From contig CALXCE010000003.1 of the NCBI GenBank assembly GCA_944386725.1, positions 26,106-90,105 of the forward strand: 64,000 bases of DNA, in the 5' to 3' direction. Both the position numbers and the translations under genes were made by a program. Within the stretch, counting starts at the first letter, position 1. Each line of letters starts with the position of its first letter. The notes below the pieces were generated by a model. The model worked only from the letters and a program-made list of their open reading frames with translations, was not told where the DNA came from and made no database searches. The stretch comes from an uncultured Clostridia bacterium (lineage in GTDB: Bacteria; Bacillota; Clostridia; TANB77; CAG-508). This document shows positions 41,897-51,617 of this stretch, one piece after another.

Positions 41897-43132
41897 TTAC
41901 TCATATTTTTTCAAGACAATGCTAGCATTATGTCCTCCAAACCCTAAAGAATTTGACATTGCTACACTCACTGGTACCTTTCTAACTTCATTTGGCACAA
42001 TATCTAAATCACATTCTTCATCTTTTTCTCGATAATTAATCGTTGGTGGAACGATCTGGTCTTGAATTGCTTTTGTACAAATAATAGCTTCAACAGCACC
42101 TGCTGCACCTAATAAGTGCCCTATATTGCCTTTTGTTGAGCTTACCATTACTTTTTGACTAGCTTCTCCTAATGCTGTTTTAATTGCCATGGTTTCACAA
42201 GAATCATTTAACTGTGTAGAAGTACCATGTGCATTGATATAATCAATATCTTCTGGTCTCATGTTTGCGTCTTCTATTGCTCTTTTCATCGCTCTTGCTC
42301 CACCTTCTCCTTCTGGAGCTGGTGAAGTAATATGATAAGCATCTGAGGTAGCTCCATAGCCTACTACTTCTGCATATATTTTAGCACCTCTTTGAATAGC
42401 ATGCTCTAATTCTTCTAGTACAAGAATTCCTGCTCCTTCTCCCATAACAAATCCACTTCTTTCTTTGTCAAAAGGAATACTTGCTCTATTTTTATCAGTT
42501 GCATAAGATAAAGCCTTCATGTTTTCAAATCCTGCAATTCCTACTTCACATATTGAAGCTTCTGTTCCGCCTGCTAAAATAATGTCTTCTGAACCATATT
42601 TTATTGTTCTATAAGCCTCTCCTATAGCATGTGTAGAAGATGCACATGCTGTTACAATAGAAATAGATTCTCCTTTTAATCCTAAATCAATTGTAATATT
42701 ACCTGCTGGCATATTAGCAATTGACATAGGAATAAACATTGGTGATACTCTATTATGCCCTTTTACACAATGTATTTTGCATTGTTCTTGAATAGTGTTA
42801 AATCCTCCTATACCAGTACTTACGAACACACCAACTCTTTCTAAATTTGTGTTTTTTGACGTTATACCACTGTCTTGAAAAGCTTCTCTTGCTGCTACTA
42901 TAGCAAACTGTGAGCTTCTATCCAATCTTTTAGCTTGTTTCATCTCAAAATATTTAGCTTGGTCGTAGCCTTTTACTTCTGCTGCTAGAGTAGTTTTATA
43001 TCCAGTTGCATCAAATAATGATATCTTGTCAATTCCACATTTTTTTTCTTTAATTCCATTCCAAGTTTCTTCTGTATCCTTTCCAATAGGGCTAATTGTT
43101 CCTAATCCTGTAATGACAACTCTTCTTTCCAT
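41897..43132 (-). CDS. fabF: 3-oxoacyl-ACP synthase II
   Basis: RRVVITGLG, TACASS, NAHGTST, NSLGFGGHN. Confidence 0.97.
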   Translation of the reverse strand: MERRVVITGLGTISPIGKDTEETWNGIKEKKCGIDKISLFDATGYKTTLAAEVKGYDQAKYFEMKQAKRLDRSSQFAIVAAREAFQDSGITSKNTNLERVGVFVSTGIGGFNTIQEQCKIHCVKGHNRVSPMFIPMSIANMPAGNITIDLGLKGESISIVTACASSTHAIGEAYRTIKYGSEDIILAGGTEASICEVGIAGFENMKALSYATDKNRASIPFDKERSGFVMGEGAGILVLEELEHAIQRGAKIYAEVVGYGATSDAYHITSPAPEGEGGARAMKRAIEDANMRPEDIDYINAHGTSTQLNDSCETMAIKTALGEASQKVMVSSTKGNIGHLLGAAGAVEAIICTKAIQDQIVPPTINYREKDEECDLDIVPNEVRKVPVSVAMSNSLGFGGHNASIVLKKYE

Positions 43133-43224
43133 TTTTTCAAATCCTTTCTATCCTATTTGAATTCTCCTTTTTATTTAAAAACAACTTCAAAGTAGTATAT
43201 TGTGCATTTTTGCCTAATTTGTTT

Positions 43225-43959
43225 TTACATTAACATTCCTCCATCTACATGAAGCACTTGCCCTGTAATATAAGAACTATCCTCTGATGTCAAAAACTTC
43301 ACACAATTTGCTACATCTTGAGCTGTTCCCATTCGTTTTAGGGGGATATTTTTAGCTATTTCTTCTTTTACATCGTCCTTCAAAACCTCTGTCATACTTG
43401 TTTGAATAAATCCTGGGGCAATAGCATTCACTAATATACCTCTAGATGCCACCTCTTTAGCTAAACTTTTGGTAAATCCAATAATTCCTGCTTTAGAAGC
43501 TGCATAATTAGTTTGTCCTGCATTTCCGGAAACCCCCACCACAGAAGAAATATTGATAATTCTTCCAGAACGTGCTTTTAACATATAATTAATAACATTT
43601 TTGGTTACATTGAAAGTACCTACTAAATTAACATCAATAACTTGTTTAAAATCTTCTTTTTTCATTCTCATCAATAACATATCTTTGGTAATACCTGCAT
43701 TATTAACTAATACATCTACCTTTCCAAATTTTTCAATCACTTGCTTTACAAATTTTTCGCAATCATCAAAATTAGAGACATCTCCTTTGACTGCTAAACA
43801 TTCTACTTTGTTTTCTTTTATTTCCTTTTTAATACTATCTAACTCTTCATTCTCTTTTCGATAATTTAATGCGATATCATATCCCTCTTTTGAAAGGGTA
43901 ATTGCAATTTGCCTTCCAATTCCTCTTGTTGCTCCTGTAATTAATGCTACTTTACTCAT
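43225..43959 (-). CDS. fabG: 3-oxoacyl-ACP reductase
   Basis: TGATRGIG, NNAGIT, YAASK, APGFI. Confidence 0.96.
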   Translation of the reverse strand: MSKVALITGATRGIGRQIAITLSKEGYDIALNYRKENEELDSIKKEIKENKVECLAVKGDVSNFDDCEKFVKQVIEKFGKVDVLVNNAGITKDMLLMRMKKEDFKQVIDVNLVGTFNVTKNVINYMLKARSGRIINISSVVGVSGNAGQTNYAASKAGIIGFTKSLAKEVASRGILVNAIAPGFIQTSMTEVLKDDVKEEIAKNIPLKRMGTAQDVANCVKFLTSEDSSYITGQVLHVDGGMLM

Positions 43960-44888
43960 ATCAATACCTCCAACACTTTTTCTAATGTCTCTACATTATT
44001 AATATTTAAAATCGTAACTTCTTTCTCTGTATTCAATCTTTTTACAAAGCCAGACAAAGTTTTTCCAGGTCCTATTTCAATAAATGTATCAACTCCCATT
44101 TCTAACATCGTTTCTAAACTTTTTGAAAATCTAACAGGACTAATAATATGTCTTGCTAAAATATCTTTCACATCATCTTGCTTACTATATATCGTTCCAT
44201 CTATATTTTTAACTACTGATGTTTTAAAATCATGAATGGTAACATGCTCTAATTCTTTTCTTAAAGCATCAGATGCTTTGCTTAATTTTTCAGTATGAAA
44301 TGGTCCTGCAGTTTTTAAAACTCTTACTTTTTTTGCTCCTAATTCTCTGGCAATAACCTCTGCTTGTTCTACTGCCTCTTTTTCTCCTGATATAACAATT
44401 TGTCCTGTAGTATTAAAGTTTGCTGGAACAACAAATCCATTGGTTACTTTTTGACATACTTCTTGTACTTGTTCTTCACTCATGCCAAGAATAGCTGCCA
44501 TTAGCCATTCACCTTCAGGCACTAGCTCTTGCATATATTTTCCTCTTTTTTGAACAAGCTTTATTCCTTCCTCCCAATCAATTGCTTGGCTATAAATTAA
44601 AGCACTGTATTCTCCTAAACTTAATCCACTAGACACCCCGGCTTTGATGCCATTTTGTTTTAATATTTCTAAAATCCCTAAACTCATGGTTAAAATAGCA
44701 AGCTGCGTATTTTTTGTTTCATTTAACACTTCTTCACTTCCATGGAAAGTAATTTCAGCTATATCAATACCTGTTAATTCTTTTACTTTTTGATAAACTT
44801 CTTTTACTACTTCGTATTTTTCATATAAATCTTGCCCCATTCCTATACTTTGAGAGCCTTGGCCTGGAAATAAAAATCCTATTTTCAT
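43956..44888 (-). CDS. fabD: malonyl-CoA:ACP transacylase
   Basis: LFPGQGSQ, GLSLGEY, AGPFH, EIGPG. Confidence 0.96.
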   Translation of the reverse strand: MKIGFLFPGQGSQSIGMGQDLYEKYEVVKEVYQKVKELTGIDIAEITFHGSEEVLNETKNTQLAILTMSLGILEILKQNGIKAGVSSGLSLGEYSALIYSQAIDWEEGIKLVQKRGKYMQELVPEGEWLMAAILGMSEEQVQEVCQKVTNGFVVPANFNTTGQIVISGEKEAVEQAEVIARELGAKKVRVLKTAGPFHTEKLSKASDALRKELEHVTIHDFKTSVVKNIDGTIYSKQDDVKDILARHIISPVRFSKSLETMLEMGVDTFIEIGPGKTLSGFVKRLNTEKEVTILNINNVETLEKVLEVLI

Positions 44889-44895
44889 TTTATAA

Positions 44896-45491
44896 TCATT
44901 CCTCCCTATTACAGTACTCTATCCTTTTCATTATTTTACTTTCAAATAAATTACAAAATTCAACCATTACTTTTTCTGTATCTACTTCTATATTAAATTC
45001 CTTTTTGATAGAAGAAGCTATATTGCTTATCTCTTTAACAAATTTTTCTTGATTGGTATTCATTCCGAATACCAACCACCATATCCTTTACAATTTTTCC
45101 ATTTAACTTTGTCTCCGTCAGAATTCCGCCTATTTTTTTACCTTGATAAACAATGTCATTCGGAAATTTAATCTCAAGAGAAATATGATACAATTTTTTG
45201 AAAACTTCTATCATCGTTTCAGCAATTTCTAGTGTAATTCCTTCTAATTTTTTAATATCACAATTTACTTTTATCAGAAAAGAAAAAGCTATATTATTCT
45301 TTTCGTCCGTATGCCATTTTCTTCCATGTGTTCCGTTTTCCTCTGGTTTGAATATCTGCTAAAATAATAGTCCCATTTTTAATGGTATTTTTTTCTAATC
45401 TTCTCCAAATCTCTAACTGAGTAGAATCAATTTCTTTATAACAAATGATATTTTTCCCTAAAAATTTGGTGTTTAGATTTTCTAATGGCAT
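44896..45491 (-). CDS. birA: biotin--protein ligase (no HTH), with two +1 breaks at CGG 45333-45335 and 45065-45067
   Basis: STQ, QTRGK-GTHGRKW, KFPND, KKIGGILTE, VVGI-GMN; 197 aa when both Cs are skipped. Confidence 0.85.
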
Positions 45492-47210
45492 ATTGCTTCC
45501 TCTTTCTCGATTTGTTCTAGATTGTTTTGTCTTTTAATTTTATTGGTAACTGTTTTTATAAGTGGTTCTTGTGTTAGAATAATTCGCCTAATTGCTTTAT
45601 AATGTGGCATAGTTTTGTTGATTCCTTTTATTTTTTCATTAATTGCTTTATAAATTTCTTCTTTACCTTTTACCTTATAGGTATTTTCCACAACTTCTTG
45701 ATTGTAGACTAATTTAGCAAAGATTTTAATGTCATTTTTATCTTCTGACATTTGTTTTCCAAAAACGAAGGATTCTTCTATTCCCTCTATTCGATTAATC
45801 AAATTTTCCATTTCCTCTGGGAAAATGTTCTTTCCATTTTTTAATACAATAACATTCTTTTTTCTTCCACAAATAAAAATAAATCCTTCTTCATCAATTC
45901 TGGCCAAATCTCCTGTGTAAAACCATCCATCTATCATTACTTTTCTTGTTTCTGATTTATTTTCAAAATACTCAAGCATAATATTCGATCCTTGCACAAC
46001 CAACTCTCCTATGCCTTCTTGATTAGCATTTACGATTTTAGCTTTAACACTTGGAACTGTCTTTCCAATAGAGCCAACTTTATAATATTTTTTTGTTCCG
46101 AATAGCAATAATTGGCGAAGTTTCTGTTAGTCCATATCCTTGCACTAAATTAAATCCTAATAATCTATATTTTTCTTCAACCCCTGCATCTAAACTAGCC
46201 GCACCACTGATTAATAACTTAACATTTCCACCTAATATATCATGAATTTCTTGAAATACTTCTTTTTTCTTTTCCATACTACAATTTCTATATTGTTCTT
46301 CTTTTTGTAGAATTTCTTTTATTTTTCCCTGCTTTTCTAGTTGTCTTCGAATCATTTTAACAATTCTTTCATAAATAGCTGGTACAGATGCCATAACCGT
46401 GACTTTATACTCTCTCATATTCTCTGGAATATGCCTCATACCATCACAAAATACCGTCTTTGCTCCTTTGTATAAAGAAAATAAAAAACCAACTGTGCAT
46501 TCAAACACATGATGTAATGGTAAAAAGGATAAAAATACATCACTGGAATCAACATCTAAAACAGAAGCAATATCCATCAGATTCGAACATAGATTATTAT
46601 GAGATAAAGCTACAATTTTAGAAGCCGATGTTGTTCCTGAAGTAAATAGCATAATACTCATTTTTTGATTATCTATTTTAGCATCTATAAATTCTCTATT
46701 TCCTTGCGCCATTAGTTCTTTTCCTGTTTCAATTAATTCCCTTTCTGAATAGATACCTCTTTTATGTTCTACTGAGTCCATAGATATTAGGTGTTTTAGT
46801 TTGCCCACACCTTCGTTTTTGGCATTTTCTAATATCTGTTCATATTTTTGTGTATAAAAAATCGCTTCTACTTCTGAACGATCTATCAAATTTCGTAGTT
46901 CATTTTCTGGCAATGATTTATCCAATGGTACTACAATTCCTGTTCCACACACGATAGATAAATAAGCTATCTCCCATTCAAATCTATTTTCGCCAATAAC
47001 AGCAATTCTTTTATTTTTAAGCCCCATATCAATTAAAGATGTTCCTAAAGCATCTATCATTTCTCTTACTTCTCTATGGGTTATATTTTGATAAACTCCC
47101 TCTTTTACTTTTATTTGATAAGCTGTTTTATCACCATATTCTTCTCCCGATTTTTTTAACATATCTTTCAAATCGGTTATTTTCATATAATTATATAATC
47201 TCTCACTCAT
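45482..47210 (-). CDS. long-chain acyl-CoA/ACP synthetase (AMP-binding), with +1 break at CGG 46098-46100
   Basis: FTSGTT, FLPLHHVFE, QGYGLTETSP, GWFYTGD, GRKKNVIVLKNGKNIFPEE. Confidence 0.88.
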
Positions 47211-47323
47211 AATTTTCTCCTTACTTGTAATTTATATCATAAATTTCCAAAAAAAACGATTAGACTGAAAGGTCAGTATAATCTTCTCTAAAATTTCATA
47301 CAATAAGATGAGGTGTATATACT

Positions 47324-48117
47324 ATGCAGTTTTTATTCAATTGTTTAAAAGGCGTTGCTATAGGAGCTGGAGCAATCCTTCCTGGTATCAGCAGTGGAGT
47401 CTTTTGTGTTATTTTTGGAATTTATGAAAAACTTTTAGATAGTATTTTAAATTTTTTTCATGATATGAAAAATAATTTTAAATTTCTTTTTCCTATTTTG
47501 ATAGGAGTTGGAATTGGTATTATTTTATTTGGCAATGTATTAAACTATTGCTTCTATCAATTTCCTATCCAAACGAAATCTATTTTTATTGGACTTATCT
47601 TAGGAAGTATCCCTGCTTTAATGAAAGAAGTAAATAATAAAGAAAAATTTAAACTTTCTCACTTGATTTTTTTCTTTGTGGCTCTTTTAATTGGTGTTGT
47701 TTGTATTTTTTTAGAATCTTCTTTAGGAATTCACACTACTAACAATATTAGCTTTTTTTATCTAATGCTATGTGGCTTTTTTATGTCTATACGGAATTGT
47801 TGTCCCTGGTATCAGCAGTACTATTATTTTAATGCTTTTAGGTATTTATAGCATTTATTTAACATCCGTTTCTAGCTTATATTTTCCTGTTCTAATTCCA
47901 CTTAGTATTGGTGTTCTTCTTGGCGGTTTTTATTTTATGAAATTAACAAAATACTTACTAGAACATTTTTATATGCCTACTTTTTTCTGTATGATTGGTT
48001 TTACAGTTGGTTCTATTTTTGTATTGCTACCAAGTTTTTCTTCTAGTATTGATATTATAATTGGTAGTCTCTCTTGTCTTTTACGGCTTTTTTATAGCTT
48101 CTGTTTTGTCAAATTAG
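47324..48117 (+). CDS. DUF368 membrane protein, with +1 breaks at CGG 47792-47794 and 48084-48086
   Basis: GAGAILPGISSG and VVPGISS repeats; reconstructed 263 aa ending LLGFFIASVLSN*. Confidence 0.8.
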
Positions 48118-48227
48118 GGACACATCTTTGCTAAATATATATTATTGTTGTTATCTATTATAAAATTATACTTATATAAAGATGTGTACCTAATTGCACA
48201 AAAAGGAGCAAAAAGAAACGTCCCCAT
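48112..48227. repeat. REP-like element, subtype A, between convergent DUF368 and U32 genes
   Basis: AATTAGGGACACATCTTT / AAAGATGTGTACCTAATT inverted arms plus AAAGAAACGTCCCCA; overlaps the reconstructed DUF368 stop. Confidence 0.8.
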
Positions 48228-48234
48228 TGCTCCT

Positions 48235-49464
48235 TTATTTTTTTCTTCTTAAAATCCAATCTTTTTCACATTGAATTGGCAATTTCATCTTTACCTTTTG
48301 CCCTTTTACCCCTGGACTTATATCATCAATTTTTTCGTCTGTTTCGTCATTCCATAATTGTTCTATTTTGAATGCATATGGTTCTATTTGATTTGGAATA
48401 ATAATCTCTAGTATATCTCCTACTTGTAACTTGTTTTTTATTTCAATGATGGACTTTTCTTCTGTATATTCCACAACTTTTCCAGCAAATTCATAGTTTT
48501 CATTATATTGTCTTCCGCCATATTCTTGAATGTCTGTGTTAGTTCTATCATTAAAATAAAACGTAGTTAAACCTCTTGTTTTTACCTTCTCTAATTCCTT
48601 TAAATATTTGGTAGCATTATAATTTTTAGGATCTTTTTGATAGTCATCCATGGCATTTCGATAAGTATTTACAACACTTGCTATGTAATATTCTGTCTTT
48701 AATCTTCCTTCTATTTTTAAACTATCTATTCCCATATCAACGATTTCTGGTAATTCTTTAATTAAGCACAAATCTTTGGATGAAAAAATACTCGTTCCAT
48801 GTTCGTCTGTTTCAATTGGCATAAGCTCTCCTGGATTGTTCTTTTCTTCTGCATATAGATTATAAGACCATCGACAGCTTTGAGCACAGTCACCAAGATT
48901 AGCACTTCTACAAGATAAGAAATCACTTAAAAAACATCTTCCTGAAAAAGCAAAACAGATAGCACCATGTACAAAGATTTCTACTTCTAAATCCTTAGGT
49001 TTATTCTCCATGATGTATCTTAGCTGTTCTTTATTCATTTCTCTAGCCATAATTACTCTTTTAGCCCCATTTTTATACCAAAAATTACAATCATGTAGGC
49101 TAATAATGTTAGCCTGTGTACTTATATTGATTGGTACAGATGGTGCATGTTTTTTTAATACCTCAATTACTCCCACGTCTGCTGCAATAATTCCATCTGG
49201 TTTTAGTTTTTCTAGTTTTTTAGCCATGTTTATAATTTCTTTGTATTTTTCGTCCCAAGCAAATATGTTTAGTGTTATATATATTTTTTTTCCAATTTTG
49301 TGTGCATATTTTATGGTATTTTTTAAATCTTCATCTTGCATGTCAGCTCTTGCCCTTAATGATAATGATGATGTTCCACAATATACCGCATCTGCTCCGT
49401 ATAAAAATGCTGTTTTTGCTTTTTCAAATGAACCTGCTGGTGCTAATAATTCTGGCTTTTTCAT
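48235..49464 (-). CDS. U32 family peptidase-like tRNA hydroxylase (YrrO/TrhP-like)
   Basis: KPELLAPAG, HGAICFAFSGRC, CAQSCRW, LKIEGRLK. Confidence 0.9.
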   Translation of the reverse strand: MKKPELLAPAGSFEKAKTAFLYGADAVYCGTSSLSLRARADMQDEDLKNTIKYAHKIGKKIYITLNIFAWDEKYKEIINMAKKLEKLKPDGIIAADVGVIEVLKKHAPSVPINISTQANIISLHDCNFWYKNGAKRVIMAREMNKEQLRYIMENKPKDLEVEIFVHGAICFAFSGRCFLSDFLSCRSANLGDCAQSCRWSYNLYAEEKNNPGELMPIETDEHGTSIFSSKDLCLIKELPEIVDMGIDSLKIEGRLKTEYYIASVVNTYRNAMDDYQKDPKNYNATKYLKELEKVKTRGLTTFYFNDRTNTDIQEYGGRQYNENYEFAGKVVEYTEEKSIIEIKNKLQVGDILEIIIPNQIEPYAFKIEQLWNDETDEKIDDISPGVKGQKVKMKLPIQCEKDWILRRKK

Positions 49465-49490
49465 ATACTCTCCTCTCACTATCATAATTA

Positions 49491-50678
49491 TTAAAGATGA
49501 TATATGTCGTTTTCAGCTTTTTTCTCCGACGATTTAAGAGTCGTCTTTCTCATATCGATTCTATTTAATATGATTAATGTTTTCAAAATTCCCCATTTTT
49601 CCTCTTTTAGATCTTCTTGGTATTTCTTACCACTTTCTATATATTTTCTCAAGAAAGGAAATTGGTACGCTGTTAATACATCAGAAGAACCAACTTTTTC
49701 TAAATCTTCTTTATCTTTTCCCAAATTTCTTTTTCTAACGATATCATCTTTCAAAAAAGGCCAATTTTCCATTAATGTTTCTTCAAATTGTTGCATTGTT
49801 AATCCATTGTCAGTGGCAACAAATTTCAATGGTGCATTTATTCCCCTTATGAGTCTACCGTTGTTATAGTATTCTTTAATCAATTTTGTGTTTACACTTT
49901 TATAATTTGAATGGCTTGCTCTTCCTCTTGTTGCCTCATAGTCTACTTCTGCTGTTAAAAAATGAAATTCTATGATTGGAATGGTTTCTTCTAGTATGTC
50001 ATTCATTTTAGCATATTCTAGCATTTTTTCTAACACTTTTGATATTTCCTTCAACCTTTTTGGGTTAGAAAGTTCATTTGGTAAAATTTTAAAAACATCT
50101 ACTAGGTTACTTATATTTTTTGATTTACTGTCAGAATGTCGTGATTTTTTGTATTCTCTTGTTTTTGCTTGTCCTAATATTCTTTTAATTCTTTCCTCTA
50201 AATTACCATATTCTTTTGGAGAAAAATCTCCCGTACAATGATATGCAATATATCCTGTTTCTTTATTATATTTCTTATCATTTTGTATATCAAATAATAA
50301 ATGATTAAATAACATTAATATTTCTTTTTCAAATTCTGTTGCCGTAACTAACTCCACTCCAAACACATCGTCTAGCATTTTAGTATTTGTATTTGTACAT
50401 GAACTAGAAAAGTCCTTGATACGTGCTTTTAGTTTTACATCTCCGATTAATTCACTAGATTTAGCAATTTTTAAACATTTATTGTATAATTCAGTAATGT
50501 CCAAAAAGCTTCCACCTAAATCAAATATGTAGTCTCTGTATCCATCAATGATTTCCCCTATTTCTGGATTCAGACTTCCATTTTCATTTTTTTGATAAAA
50601 AGCTTGTCTTTGCTTTTCATCTAATTTAACTCCTTTTGTTAATTCACTTATAAATTTTTCTCTTCTACTATTATCCAT
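49491..50678 (-). CDS. divergent RelA/SpoT synthetase-domain protein
   Basis: Ordered motifs ARIKD, LDDVFGVELV, GYIAYH, IEFHFLT, ASHSNYK match the RelA_SpoT synthetase pattern. Confidence 0.55.
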   Translation of the reverse strand: MDNSRREKFISELTKGVKLDEKQRQAFYQKNENGSLNPEIGEIIDGYRDYIFDLGGSFLDITELYNKCLKIAKSSELIGDVKLKARIKDFSSSCTNTNTKMLDDVFGVELVTATEFEKEILMLFNHLLFDIQNDKKYNKETGYIAYHCTGDFSPKEYGNLEERIKRILGQAKTREYKKSRHSDSKSKNISNLVDVFKILPNELSNPKRLKEISKVLEKMLEYAKMNDILEETIPIIEFHFLTAEVDYEATRGRASHSNYKSVNTKLIKEYYNNGRLIRGINAPLKFVATDNGLTMQQFEETLMENWPFLKDDIVRKRNLGKDKEDLEKVGSSDVLTAYQFPFLRKYIESGKKYQEDLKEEKWGILKTLIILNRIDMRKTTLKSSEKKAENDIYHL

Positions 50679-50684
50679 ATTGTT

Positions 50685-51306
50685 TTAGACTAGCATTTTA
50701 CTAATTGCTAATCCATCTCCTATCTCTAGAATCTTTGTATCCAGATTTTTATTTTCTGTTGTTTCTCTAATATATTCTCTTAAATTTCTAACCGCCGTAC
50801 GTTGTTTATGCTTATTATAATCACTTAATACATAACCTTTATATAAAATATTATCCGCAAAAATAATACCATTTGGTTTTATCATCCTTAAAGCTTCTTT
50901 TAGAAAAAAGGGATATTTTTCCCTTAGCAGCATCAATAAAAACAGCATCATATTTTTGATTTATAATTGGTAATATTTCAACCGCATCACCTTCGTAAAT
51001 ATTTATTTTATTTCCTAAGTTCATTTTTTTTATATTCACTTCTGCTTCTTTTACTCGTTTTCCATCACGTTCTATAGTGTCTATCACACCATCGTCATTA
51101 AGATATTTTGAAAAACATATTGCTGAATATCCAACAGCTGTTCCTATTTCTAATATTCTTTCAGGTCTCATTTTTGTTAAGTACTTTGCAATCACCTCTA
51201 ATGTATCATCCATAATAATTGGAATATGTTCTTCTAAAGCTTTTTGTTTTATCTTATCTAACATTTCCATGTTCTTCAATTGCCTTTCTTTGTTTATTCT
51301 CTTCAT
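50685..51306 (-). CDS. O-methyltransferase (YrrM/TrmR-like), with +1 break in A-run at about 50916-50920
   Basis: HIPII, LEIGTAVGYS, FIDAAKG-KYP, ADNILYKG, GDGLAIS. Confidence 0.85.
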
Positions 51307-51577
51307 CTATCCACTTGTCTATAATTTTTTTCGAATAAACTTTTCGACCTATTTTTTTATTCATGATATCTGCAATATGATAAGCATCTTCTCTATTTTT
51401 ATTTTTTCCATAAGCATTTAGTACTTGCGTTCTTATACCTAATTTTGGTCCTTCTTGTATACGTATTTGTTTTCTAATGTCAAAATCCAGCTGGTTATAT
51501 GCTGTTTCTGTATACATTTTTCTTTTTATTTGTGGTGTTAATTTACCATCTTTCCTATTTATTTCTTTTTTACTCAT
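51254..51577 (-). CDS. hypothetical basic protein (107 aa)
   Basis: GGAG RBS, sits between typA and the methyltransferase. Confidence 0.55.
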   Translation of the reverse strand: MSKKEINRKDGKLTPQIKRKMYTETAYNQLDFDIRKQIRIQEGPKLGIRTQVLNAYGKNKNREDAYHIADIMNKKIGRKVYSKKIIDKWIDEENKQRKAIEEHGNVR

Positions 51578-51617
51578 TTTATTTCTTCTCCTAACTAATA
51601 ATATATATTAATAAACT

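Noticed and set aside
38544-44898. TGA stop-codon reassignment
   Set aside because: TGA ends accD, fabD and birA at expected positions, and the breaks need a frame change rather than readthrough
33060-51577. Shared charged C-terminal secretion signal on orphan proteins (kinase, SAS-like, 107-aa ORF)
   Set aside because: The tails are charged but share no consistent motif, and no secretion system is visible
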